From: Glycera tridactyla
Lineage: Eukaryota
DNA: 64,000 bases
Assembly: GCA_965644265.1 (NCBI GenBank)
Contig: OZ286475.1
Location: 66,836,001 to 66,900,000, forward strand
Direction of reading: 5' to 3'
Shown: positions 10,494 to 19,739 of the stretch, piece by piece
Layout: each line of letters opens with the position of its first letter
Position numbering within the stretch: the first letter of the stretch is position 1
Made by a program: the position numbers and the translations under genes
Notes under the pieces: model-generated
What the model saw: the letters and a program-made list of their open reading frames with translations, nothing else
Database searches by the model: none
Told to the model about the DNA's origin: nothing

Positions 10494-12673
10494 TTAGTTT
10501 TAGCAGTATTGACGGTCAACTTGTTCTCATGGAACCAGCTTTCCGCTTCTAATATTCCTAGCTGGAGGTATAATTCAATATCGTCATTGTTTGTGCCAGA
10601 ATAATATATCGCCGTATCATCGGCATACATTTTAACCTTACAACTTGGGATGCTTTTGGGCAGATCATTTATAAATAATACAAATAATAGGGGTCCCAAT
10701 ATGGATCCCTGCGGAACTCCACAATTTATACCTGAGACAGAAGAAAAACAATCCCTGACACGGGTGAATTGTGTTCGGTTTGTGAAGTAATTTTTAAACC
10801 ATAGCATGCTGGTTTCATCTACACCATATTTCTCAAGCTTGTATAAAAGAATTGCATGGTCAACAGTATCAAAGGCCTTTTTCAGGTCCAGAAAGACCAC
10901 TCCAGTAGCACCCCCTTCATTTATACAGTTGTACATGTCTTCTAGAAGAGATAACAGGCAGGTGCTAGTGGAGTGTCCCCTTCTAAAACCTGACTGTGCA
11001 TCGCACAAAAGTCCATTGATACTTAAAAAAGAGGAGAGCTGTGTATGCGCAGCTCGTTCGATCAGCTTACTAGTAACAGTAAGCACACTGATTGGCCTAT
11101 AATTAGAAACCTCATCTCGCTTGCCACTCTTGAAAATCGGACAGACAATCGCTTTCTTGTGTTCTGCTGGTATTATTCCAGTATCAATGGTCAGATTGAC
11201 AATATGTGCTAACACTGGTGAAATCTGTACTTTGCATGCTTTCAACAGTCGTGCAGGGATATTATCCACTCCCGTGGCCTTTCTCTCGCCTATCCTGTCT
11301 AGTTCAGCTATAATAAAGTCTGAGTCAATGTGGTGAATAGTGAAACCTTCAGCACCTTCGGGAATTTGAAGTGGGATTTCTGTGAGTATACCTTCAGGGA
11401 ATTTTCTTGCTAGATCATGTCCTATATTAGAGAAGTAATTGTTGATGATTTCGGCAATATCTTGAGGGTCAGTGGCATCTCCTAATTTATTCAGTTCTTT
11501 GGTCAGTCTCGAATTGGGAAGGAGTCTACGTAATGTTGCCCAAAGCTTTCTGTAATCATGTTTGTATCTTATCAGTGCATCATTAAAGTAATTCCGTTTT
11601 AAGTCTTGTTTCAGTAGTGAAGTCCGGTTTCTTGCCCGTCTGTATGATTCCCAATTCTCGTTCGTCTTATTTCTGTCATACTGTCGTTTCAAGTCGTCAC
11701 GCTCATCAATAAAACTGTACATTTGGCCTGTTTTCCACGGGACAGCATTAACATCCATCATTTTCTTCTTCATTGGTACCATACTGTCCATTACCTTGAC
11801 AAACTTTGTTTTGAAAAGACTCCAACCAACTTCACTATCTTCAGCATTAAGCACATCTCCCCAATCTTCTTGTCCCACTGCATCTGCAAACCGTGTGGGA
11901 GTGAATCCCTGATAGCTCCGATACCACTGTTCTGCCTTCACCTTCTTAACCACTCCCTTCTTTCTCAGTCCCATAATGATACCATGGTCAGATGCACCAT
12001 GTGAGCGGACTCTGTTGTAGCTGTACATGTTGGGGTTGTTCGTCACTAGGTGGTCAATAGTCGTACCGGAAAGGTTCGTTATCCGTGTGTGGTCGCTGAT
12101 TAGTTGACTATAATTATGTTCCCGTAGCCAGTCAGTGTATCGTCGTTTGTCTGGTGTCCCCCTGCTCCAGTCTATATTCATGTCTCCCATCATAATGAAC
12201 TCAGTGTTCGGGATAAAGGTGGCAATACTACATGTTTCAGTAAGAAGTTCTAAGGCATCCTTTAGCTTACCATCTGGTGGGCGGTAGCAACAGCTGAGGA
12301 TTATGGGGCGGGTCTCTTTGAGTTTAATATTGATCCAACAAGCTTCCATGTCCGGGGATGTTATATTTAGTTCGTTAAGATATGTGTAAGTTAGCCCATC
12401 CTTGATATACATTAGAGTCCCCCCTCCCATAGATTTTCCCATCGCTGGGTCTCTATCCAATCTTACAATGGAGTGACCATTTACATGTACTTGGGTATCA
12501 CATATGGACTTATTTAGCCAAGTCTCACTCAGGGAGAGGACATCTGGTTTACATTCAATAAGGAGTTTCTCAACTTCTTCATAGTTTTCATACAGGCTGC
12601 GGACATTCCAGTGGAGCAGGGAGACACCCTTTCTGTTGCAGTCACCCCTAAGGTCATCGTCAGGTTCTGTCAT
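10445..12673 (-). CDS. LINE ORF2, apurinic endonuclease plus reverse transcriptase (main frame, 742 aa)
   Basis: APE motifs HWNVRSL, LSETWL, YRPP, MGDMNID, TIDH, SDH; RT motifs NYRPISVL, QSGFRRGHST, FLDLKKAFDTVDH, GVPQGSILGPLLF, YADDT. Confidence 0.95.
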   Translation of the reverse strand: MTEPDDDLRGDCNRKGVSLLHWNVRSLYENYEEVEKLLIECKPDVLSLSETWLNKSICDTQVHVNGHSIVRLDRDPAMGKSMGGGTLMYIKDGLTYTYLNELNITSPDMEACWINIKLKETRPIILSCCYRPPDGKLKDALELLTETCSIATFIPNTEFIMMGDMNIDWSRGTPDKRRYTDWLREHNYSQLISDHTRITNLSGTTIDHLVTNNPNMYSYNRVRSHGASDHGIIMGLRKKGVVKKVKAEQWYRSYQGFTPTRFADAVGQEDWGDVLNAEDSEVGWSLFKTKFVKVMDSMVPMKKKMMDVNAVPWKTGQMYSFIDERDDLKRQYDRNKTNENWESYRRARNRTSLLKQDLKRNYFNDALIRYKHDYRKLWATLRRLLPNSRLTKELNKLGDATDPQDIAEIINNYFSNIGHDLARKFPEGILTEIPLQIPEGAEGFTIHHIDSDFIIAELDRIGERKATGVDNIPARLLKACKVQISPVLAHIVNLTIDTGIIPAEHKKAIVCPIFKSGKRDEVSNYRPISVLTVTSKLIERAAHTQLSSFLSINGLLCDAQSGFRRGHSTSTCLLSLLEDMYNCINEGGATGVVFLDLKKAFDTVDHAILLYKLEKYGVDETSMLWFKNYFTNRTQFTRVRDCFSSVSGINCGVPQGSILGPLLFVLFINDLPKSIPSCKVKMYADDTAIYYSGTNNDDIELYLQLGILEAESWFHENKLTVNTAKTKWMLFGSRPQKCTIWP

Positions 12674-13285
12674 CAGTGAATAGTGCGAAGATGTCTGACA
12701 TCATAGCCATGGGTGGTTTCATGCTCAAAGAATCTATGCTAAGTAATGTGTCTCAAAAGCGTTTCGATTGGTTGAGGGTTTGAGTAGGTTTGGTTTGGTC
12801 AAGAGCTCCGGGAGACTCCCTGCTTTCATATGGAAGTGTTTGGATGAGTCAATGGCATGCCACAAGTCGATGACACCGGATGGCATCTCCCGAAATAGCC
12901 AGGCTTCCATCCCGGGTCAAACAGGTCTAACATCGGTTGTTTATCTGCTGTCTGCGGTGATCAGTGGTAATTTTGAGCCGACACGACACAAGCTCGAAGC
13001 GACGAAAGATCGGCCTGACATTGGGTAAAGGTCTTGTATGTGTAAACGGAGCATTACACATAGCCGATTGCAGACCTGATCTAGCACCGACGTCACCATC
13101 GGCTGCAATCGTCTGAGACTCAGCAGAACTTCGCCTTCCATTTTATGGCATAGGTACTGATCGTACCTAGGCCGGGAGCGAAATTTGATCGGCTTTTTTG
13201 CTACCCACCAAAAAACCCAGCCCCGACGCTTCTGCCGGTTATTAGCCTGTTCTTTGTCGGATCAGGTTTGAGGTAGACGGTCGAA

Positions 13286-13462
13286 CATCGTGAATAGTCG
13301 GTGATAGGTGGTTGGACATCATGAATAGTCGGTGATAGGTGGTTGGACATCGTGAATAGTCGGTGATAGGTGGTTGGACATCGTGAATAGTCGGTGATAG
13401 GTGGTTGGACATGGTGAATAGTCGGTGATAGGTGGTTGGACATCGTGAATAGTCGGTGATAG
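13286..13462 (+). repeat. 31-bp tandem repeat, about 5.7 units
   Basis: Unit catcgtgaatagtcggtgataggtggttgga at 13286, 13317, 13348, 13379, 13410 and a partial copy at 13441. Confidence 0.97.
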
Positions 13463-13875
13463 ACAGGGTAGGTGGTAGTGGTAGTGGTCGCCGCGACGGT
13501 CGTCGTGGCAACATCGGTCCATTCCCTGTGCTTGACCTGCCTAACACCTGTAGTATATCGGTTCTACATCTGCTATATCCTGTCATCACTCTGTTAATAT
13601 CCTGTTGGCATCGGCTATCGCCGGAGGGAACCCTAGGTATAATCGGTTATGTATCGGTCAATTATCGTGAATTGTCGGTACTCTCCTCCCTCATAGTCTG
13701 TTCTTTATTGCGTCAATGTTGGTTCGCTGTCTTCCGTCATCGGTGATAGCTCGGACGAAGATCGGCAATAAACTGTATACGATGATTGGGGGTAATTTTG
13801 AGCCGATGACACAAGGGCCTGAACAGACAAAACATCGGCCGGACATCGGCGGCACAGTCGCTGGAGGCAGCATAT

Positions 13876-16800
13876 TAGTACAGTGGCTAGGGGTGATTCT
13901 GTGTGACTTTGGTGTATAGAGCACCACCTTTGATAATCTTCATTAGGACCACCTAGAATGCAGAAAAAAATTGGGTGGCCTGTTCTCACCCCGGTCACAT
14001 TGGAGAAAAAGACGATTTTGTCAGAGGCGCGGCTGAGACTCTACCAACTGATGTGAAAATTCAAGATTTTGCGATCTCACATAAAAGTATACCAATATTG
14101 GTATCAAATGAAAGGTCTTTATTAGTACAATTCACAAACAACATCAAAACTTGCCAATATCATGAAAAAAATCATGATGGATGGCAAAATCGTGATTTTG
14201 AAATGTCCGACATAGAGCCAACTGAGATCAAAAATCAACATTTTCACTACACAGAAGAAACCAAGGCATTCTTGACATTTAATGATTGGTATTGATGAAA
14301 ACAATATATTTCCAGCACAAAAACACCATAACAACATCGAATTATTTCAATTGAGCAGCTTACATTGTCCTGAATTCAAAATAGCCATTGTCATCCCATC
14401 TGATTTGACAGATCTCAATCACACTTTTTAACAGAAAGGCAGAGTGGTCTTGGTTGTTGTGGTATTTATCTCGATTCAAAACACCAAATCAACATAGGAA
14501 CCTTCAAGATATGAGCTGGATCATTCATTTTGCCAATATTCAGTCTCAATCACAGATTGACCTGTTACCATTTGTAGAAGGGCAATAACTGGATTTCTTC
14601 ATGCAATATTTCCCATTTTAACACTTTGACATTCGCAGAATTTACAACAGGGTGCTGATTTTGATCTACAGAGATAACATCTTTGTATCTAGTGAATGAA
14701 TGAGTGGAGAGACAGTTTACCAATGCATATGCTCCATAGTGTGCTCTGATGTGACTGTGGAAATCATGGCTTATTGGTGATAATTCAGCAATAGTCATGC
14801 CTTTGCTGAGGAGGTACATCCATAATCATAATTGGTTGGATATTTTGCACTCAGACCCATGCCTGACTATAAGTACCAAATATTCTTCAGCTCTAGAAAC
14901 TATCTGGTCCATGTCAGTCCATTTTGCAGCTTTTCCAAAATTGAAATGATACAAGTATGGGTCTGCTTTAAGAGCAAATCTACTGATTGAATCACACCCA
15001 CTCAATGCATCCATAGTGGGAGCACATTGGTTAATTCTGGAATGCTGTGATTTTGGAGAAGCTTATAAAAATACAATGAACCAATTGGGACATCAGTGTA
15101 ATTTGTTGGAATCACGATATGTTCTGAACCATGTCTGATTACATGCAGTGCATGTGGAATAACTCACAAATCTGCATTTTCAATGTCAGACTCCAATTCA
15201 GGATGTTGCTGAACCCCAAATTGAATGGACCAACATAGAGAGGAACTGACACCACCTATTCTCGTCAGATTAAACTGAATTCCAGGAATGTAAATTGGGT
15301 TATCTCTGTGAGCCAAGTTTTCAGATACATTTGCAATTTCTGTTTGTTTGCATTCGAAGGCCCAAATCTGTCAATCACACAAGGCAGTGGAGTCTCATCT
15401 TGGATGTAGTTGAGATCAATAGGTTTCACGCTATACCTGTGCATCCTTTCACCATTGTTTGCTGACCCAGTAATATATTTGTCACACAATAAATCAATCC
15501 ACTTTATGTTCTTTGCAGTATTCACAATAATGTTCAATGTCATTTAATACAGTAGCAACTTGCATTTATGTCTTTCATATTGATTCCCCTTATGTATCCC
15601 ATGACATGAACGATGTGCACAGGAGGAGATTTTGTGGAATATAATCGCCTGGTGAAAGATTCTTCTTTAACTCTTGTGAGGGAGGACTTCTTTGTTTCGG
15701 TCATCAAACAGACTTGAGGAGGAAATCAGATCATACCTCAATATATCTGCCAAATCAAAGATCAAGGTTAACAATTTTTGGGGCATTCAAACATTTCTTT
15801 TTGAGTGTCTGTTCTGTGACATGGGGTGTGATGATTCGGTCACAATGGATGGACAGAAAGTATTCCATTCTTGTCCTATGGATGGTGCCTGAATACCACT
15901 GTTTTCTTTCCATTGACTCAGACAATTTCATCATTCCTTTCACAGATAAGCTGTTCTGGAATAATTGGTACTTCACATAAAAAAACTATTTGTTGCTGAG
16001 TGGGAGTCAATCTCCAATGAGATGCCAGCAGTGAGCAATGTGCATCAAAAATGTTGTGGTGCCAGTACACCTCATCTTGAATTGCCAGAGAATCTTGAAG
16101 GTGGAGAAGCGGCATACCAAGCCACAGAACACCATGTACATTTTATGGTATCATTTTTTTTTATCATGTAGGGATCCATCTTTAGTTCCTTCAACTGAGC
16201 CAGTATAGCACAATATTATCACAAAGTAAATCATGATTGATGGAATCATGGGAGATTCACTGCATGTGGGGATAGGGGCACTGAATTGTATAGTAGGTTT
16301 TATCATGAATGATTTCTTTTTGAACACAGTACACTTCTTAGACACCATCCATAGGGAAAAATAGTTAATGACATGCTCTTACCATCTAAATTTCAGAGAC
16401 TGGTTCCAGATGACCCCATACTCTACTGTACTTGTGTGAAATGTTCAACTAAGATTGTCTCTATAGATCCAAGTCAGCACCAATCTGTAAATTCTGCAAA
16501 TGCCAGTGTTGAAATAGAAAATATTGCATTCATGAATCCAATTATCGTTCTACAGCTTTCATTGAAGCTGACAGAGTTAATGTGACTAACTCGATGAGTC
16601 TGTGCTAGTAACATCCATGCTGCTTGACCATACCAGCATTATCATATCATTGATCTTTGCACAAATTGATTGAGTTTTCCAATCTCACCAATCCAACAAT
16701 CCCTAGCTCATGCCATGGAACTGGTGATGATCCTGTTTTTATCTGTTTCAGAATTTTGACAACATCTGATTGACCACAATCATCTGAGAGCTATTCTTTA

Positions 16801-17552
16801 AACTACTCTATTGAATACTACAAATGTCTGTAACAGGTCAATCTGTGATTAAGACTCTGAATATGTTCAACCTGATAAGTTGAGAAGTGGCAGATGAATG
16901 TCATGCCTCAATTCAAAATGAGTGATCCAGCTCTTATCCTGAAGGTTCCTGTGTTGATTTGGTGTTTTGAATCTAGATAAAACAACAACAAGCGAGATCT
17001 TTCATCTGATTTAACATCGTTATGCTTTCTTGTGAAAATGTGAGATTGAGATCTGTCAAATCAGGTAGGATCATTTTGAATTCTGGACAATGTAAGCTGC
17101 TCAATTGAAATAATTATATGTTGTTATGGTGTCTTTGTGCTGGAAGTGTATTGTTGTCATCAATACCATTCATTAAATGTCAAGCATGCCTTGGTTTCTT
17201 CTGTGTAGTGAAAATGTTGATTTTTTTTGGCTCTATGTCGGACATTTTGAAATCACGATTTGGCCCTTCATCATGTTTTTTTTCATGATTTTGGCAAGTT
17301 TTGATGTTGTTTATGAATTGAACTAATCAAGACCTTTCATTTGATACCAATATTGGTATACTTTTATGTGAGATTGCAAAATCTTAAATTTTCACATCAG
17401 TTGGTAGAGTCTCGGACAAAATCGTCATTTTCTCCAATGTGAGAACAGGCCACCCTATTTTTTTCTGCATCCTGGGTGGTCCTCATGAAGATTATCAAAG
17501 GTGGTGCTGTATACACCAAAGTCACACAGAATCACCCCCAGCCACTAGACTA
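13876..17552 (-). mobile_element. Decayed, internally deleted Academ (AcademX-like) DNA transposon
   Basis: TAGT...ACTA ends; 3-bp TSD TAT (13873-13875, 17553-17555); imperfect TIRs of about 690 bp (13876-~14568 vs ~16826-17552). Minus-strand fragments DALSGCDSISRF (14826-15014), LSPISHDFHSHIRAHYGAY (14565-14819) and WIDLLCDKY...NANKQKLQMYL (15265-15543) resemble the XPG/PIN-like domain of AcademX proteins. Confidence 0.8.
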
Positions 17553-17788
17553 TATCGTGGGCGTAGTGACAGACCTGTCGACGAGCGAAGCGAGGAGGAA
17601 GTTACCTAACTCCAGCGGGGACGCGCTGTCAACACTCGCGCTGCTGTGTGCTTCTGCCTCATAAAGCTTCATTAAAATACCGAATATGACCACCATTTCA
17701 GCCAGATAGTATTAATAATCATTATATTAAACTGTATAATCAATTTCGTTCATTTGAACGCTCTAATAATGTGATAATCTCGCAGACA

Positions 17789-17846
17789 GCTGAGAACGTT
17801 GAAGCATACCTAGCTAGATATCTAGATATGCTTCAACGTTCTCAGC
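17789..17846. repeat. 58-bp near-perfect palindrome
   Basis: Perfect 20-bp arms gctgagaacgttgaagcata / tatgcttcaacgttctcagc; the 18-bp centre is also largely self-complementary. Confidence 0.97.
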
Positions 17847-18082
17847 ATTCATGTACAAACTTGAGGATTTCTCAATAATGAATCATCAGAACCACCTCAA
17901 ACGCATATCCCAATGCAATCACCTATTTCTCCACACATTCGTGCATTGATTCTGGTGAGACATCAACTTTGGGGCTGTATTTAATGCAGAAAGTGACAAG
18001 AAGTCACCTGTGGAGGCAGCGTGCCAGCCGCCGGAGTTAGATAACTTCCTCCTCGCTTCGCTCGTCGCCGGGTTGGTCACTA

Positions 18083-18521
18083 AAGTCTGTCAAGCTCTGT
18101 CGTGGCGGGTACGTTTTTCGCCCTAGCATCGCGAATTCGCATCCGATTTGAATGAAACTTGCAGACAGAGACTGTGTACATGTCCGACGACTATAAACGT
18201 GATCTCGGCGATGTTCCCTTGTATATTTCACCTTAGAACGCAAAATATGACGATTTCACGCTGGTTTCGCGGCAGGTGCGGCGGCCGTATCTACGTTGTA
18301 AACATAGGGAAGTCCGGGCGATAATGCCTGTGTATTCACCAAATAAATACAATGAAATGATGACGTAATCCTCTTCAAAAGCATATAGGCTCCCTGAAAC
18401 CCGATTCGATAATCGTCGGAACACCTGTACAAGACATTCGTGCCTTTAAAAGTGAAATCAGACGAAAAATGACGACGGGAGCGCTTGAAACGTACCCGCC
18501 AAATTTGGATTTGACAGACTT
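18083..18521. mobile_element. MITE with AAGTCTGTCAA...TTGACAGACTT ends and TA TSD, inserted in the right TIR of the 13853-18553 element
   Basis: TA at 18081-18082 and 18522-18523; subterminal ggcgggtacgttt / aaacgtacccgcc. Removal restores gtcac-ta-cgcacacg, matching the left TIR (gtcactacgcccacg). Confidence 0.85.
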
Positions 18522-18599
18522 TACGCACACGTATGCTGCCTCCGGCGACTGTGATCGGCGGGAGACCTTGTATGTGTAACGGGGCATGAGGTAATTAAA

Positions 18600-18841
18600 T
18601 GTTGGGAGTGACCTCCCCGAGATCCGCCGTTTTCTCCCGCGCTTTTTCGAGCCGATGACGCATCATTGCGCCTCGGTTCCAATACGCGGGACATAACCAT
18701 CCACTGTCGTATTTTCGCCCTCTGCTAAGGAGCAAGACAGTCAGTTTTATACTTAGCCCATCCTGGGAACTAATCTGAAAGAGCACAAGGCGGCGATATC
18801 CGCTTAGGATGCAGCGCTGAGCCGCGCTGGATCAGGAAACA
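18600..18841 (+). promoter_or_regulatory. Probable promoter and non-coding first exon of the caspase-like gene
   Basis: CpG-rich unique sequence ending at a strong donor A|GTGAGT (18842). The frame that splices into exon 2 has an upstream stop and no ATG. TSS not determinable. Confidence 0.55.
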
Positions 18842-18936
18842 GTGAGTATAGCTTCCTGCTGCCATCACCAGATCACTGAATCTAAGTTAATGGCAATATG
18901 TGGGTCACCCCACCACGCGCACACGTGTATTGGCTT

Positions 18937-18941
<5 letters not shown>

Positions 18942-19016
<75 letters not shown>

Positions 19017-19028
19017 ATCCCTCTCTCT
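18942..19028 (+). repeat. (CT)n(CA)n compound microsatellite next to an assembly gap
   Basis: Direct inspection. Confidence 0.97.
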
Positions 19029-19481
19029 NNNNNNNNNNNNNNNNNNNNNNNNNNNNNNNNNNNNNNNNNNNNNNNNNNNNNNNNNNNNNNNNNNNNNNNN
19101 NNNNNNNNNNNNNNNNNNNNNNNNNNNNNNNNNNNNNNNNNNNNNNNNNNNNNNNNNNNNNNNNNNNNNNNNNNNNNNNNNNNNNNNNNNNNNNNNNNNN
19201 NNNNNNNNNNNNNNNNNNNNNNNNNNNNNNNNNNNNNNNNNNNNNNNNNNNNNNNNNNNNNNNNNNNNNATTGCTACCAAATTTACCCTCTGGCTACCAT
19301 TTGTTAAAAGTTAATAGCCAGCTGCCGGAGTCTTTACGGGCATGTAGCCTTTATAGAGTGGGGGTCTCTCAAGCAGATTCAACTGGGCCTTGAAAATAAT
19401 ACCTGGGCCTTTGAAGGTCCTTGAAATGCCCTTGAATTTGGCAATGATCTGTCTGTATGAACCATATTATTCTGATTACAG

Positions 19482-19739
19482 GACAAGGAAGACCATCCTT
19501 AACTGGTTTCCATGGCAACAGGATGGCAGCTACCTTTGAAGTCAGTGGCAGCTCTCATCTCTTTATAATAAACGTTAAGGAGCTGGCTGGCAGGGGAGCG
19601 GCCGGATGGGTGACTAAACCACGCCTTTTCATGCAACCTGATTCGGCAAAGTTGTCCACCACCTTTGCAAATCTCGGATACCGGGTACATATCAAGGACA
19701 TTGCTAACAGGGAAGAATTCAATGACTACATAGATGATG
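19482..19739 (+). CDS. Caspase-like gene, first coding exon (ATG at 19523)
   Basis: Acceptor tctgattacag|G, donor G|gtaagt; encodes HLFIINVKEL...LSTTFANLGYRV; ATG in a good context (aggATGG). Confidence 0.88.

Larger units (their letters stand above)
9432..12903 (-). mobile_element. CR1-group (L2/Crack-like) LINE, nearly intact, inserted in copy 2 of the host repeat
   Basis: APE+RT ORF. On the minus strand the 3' end has AATAAA followed by a (TTTATGAAGCC) tandem tail (9432-9460). Host repeat sequence ccctgctc...gtcaaacaggtctaacatcgg flanks both sides. Confidence 0.92.
13853..18553. mobile_element. Non-autonomous TIR element with CACAGTCG...CGACTGTG ends and 8-bp TSD ATCGGCGG (P- or hAT-like)
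   Basis: TIR CACAGTCGCTGGAGGCAGCATA / TATGCTGCCTCCGGCGACTGTG (1 mismatch); TSD at 13845-13852 and 18554-18561. The TIR extends further (17556-17620 vs 18025-18082) once the nested inserts are removed. Confidence 0.85.
13054..18580 (+). mobile_element. Copy 3 of the GTTTACACATA-ended repeat, containing a 31-bp array and nested insertions
   Basis: Starts TTACACATAGCCGATT and ends ccttgtatgtgtaac at 18580. Removing 13853-18561 restores ggacatcggcgg-gagaccttgtatgtgtaac, matching the ends of copies 1 and 2. Confidence 0.75.

Noticed and set aside
13201-13589. Repetitive ORFs and a CRISPR-like look of the 31-bp array (also the 40-bp array at 40158)
   Set aside because: Head-to-tail repeats without unique spacers of regular length, no cas genes, eukaryotic context.
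13853-13880. Transib/RAG-transposon or true RSS assignment for the CACAGT-ended element
   Set aside because: TSD is 8 bp, not 5; no ACAAAAACC-like nonamer at 12 or 23 bp; no RAG-like coding sequence.
18595-18786. 63-aa minus-strand ORF suggesting a divergent gene
   Set aside because: No strong donor or downstream exons; it runs into TE sequence.
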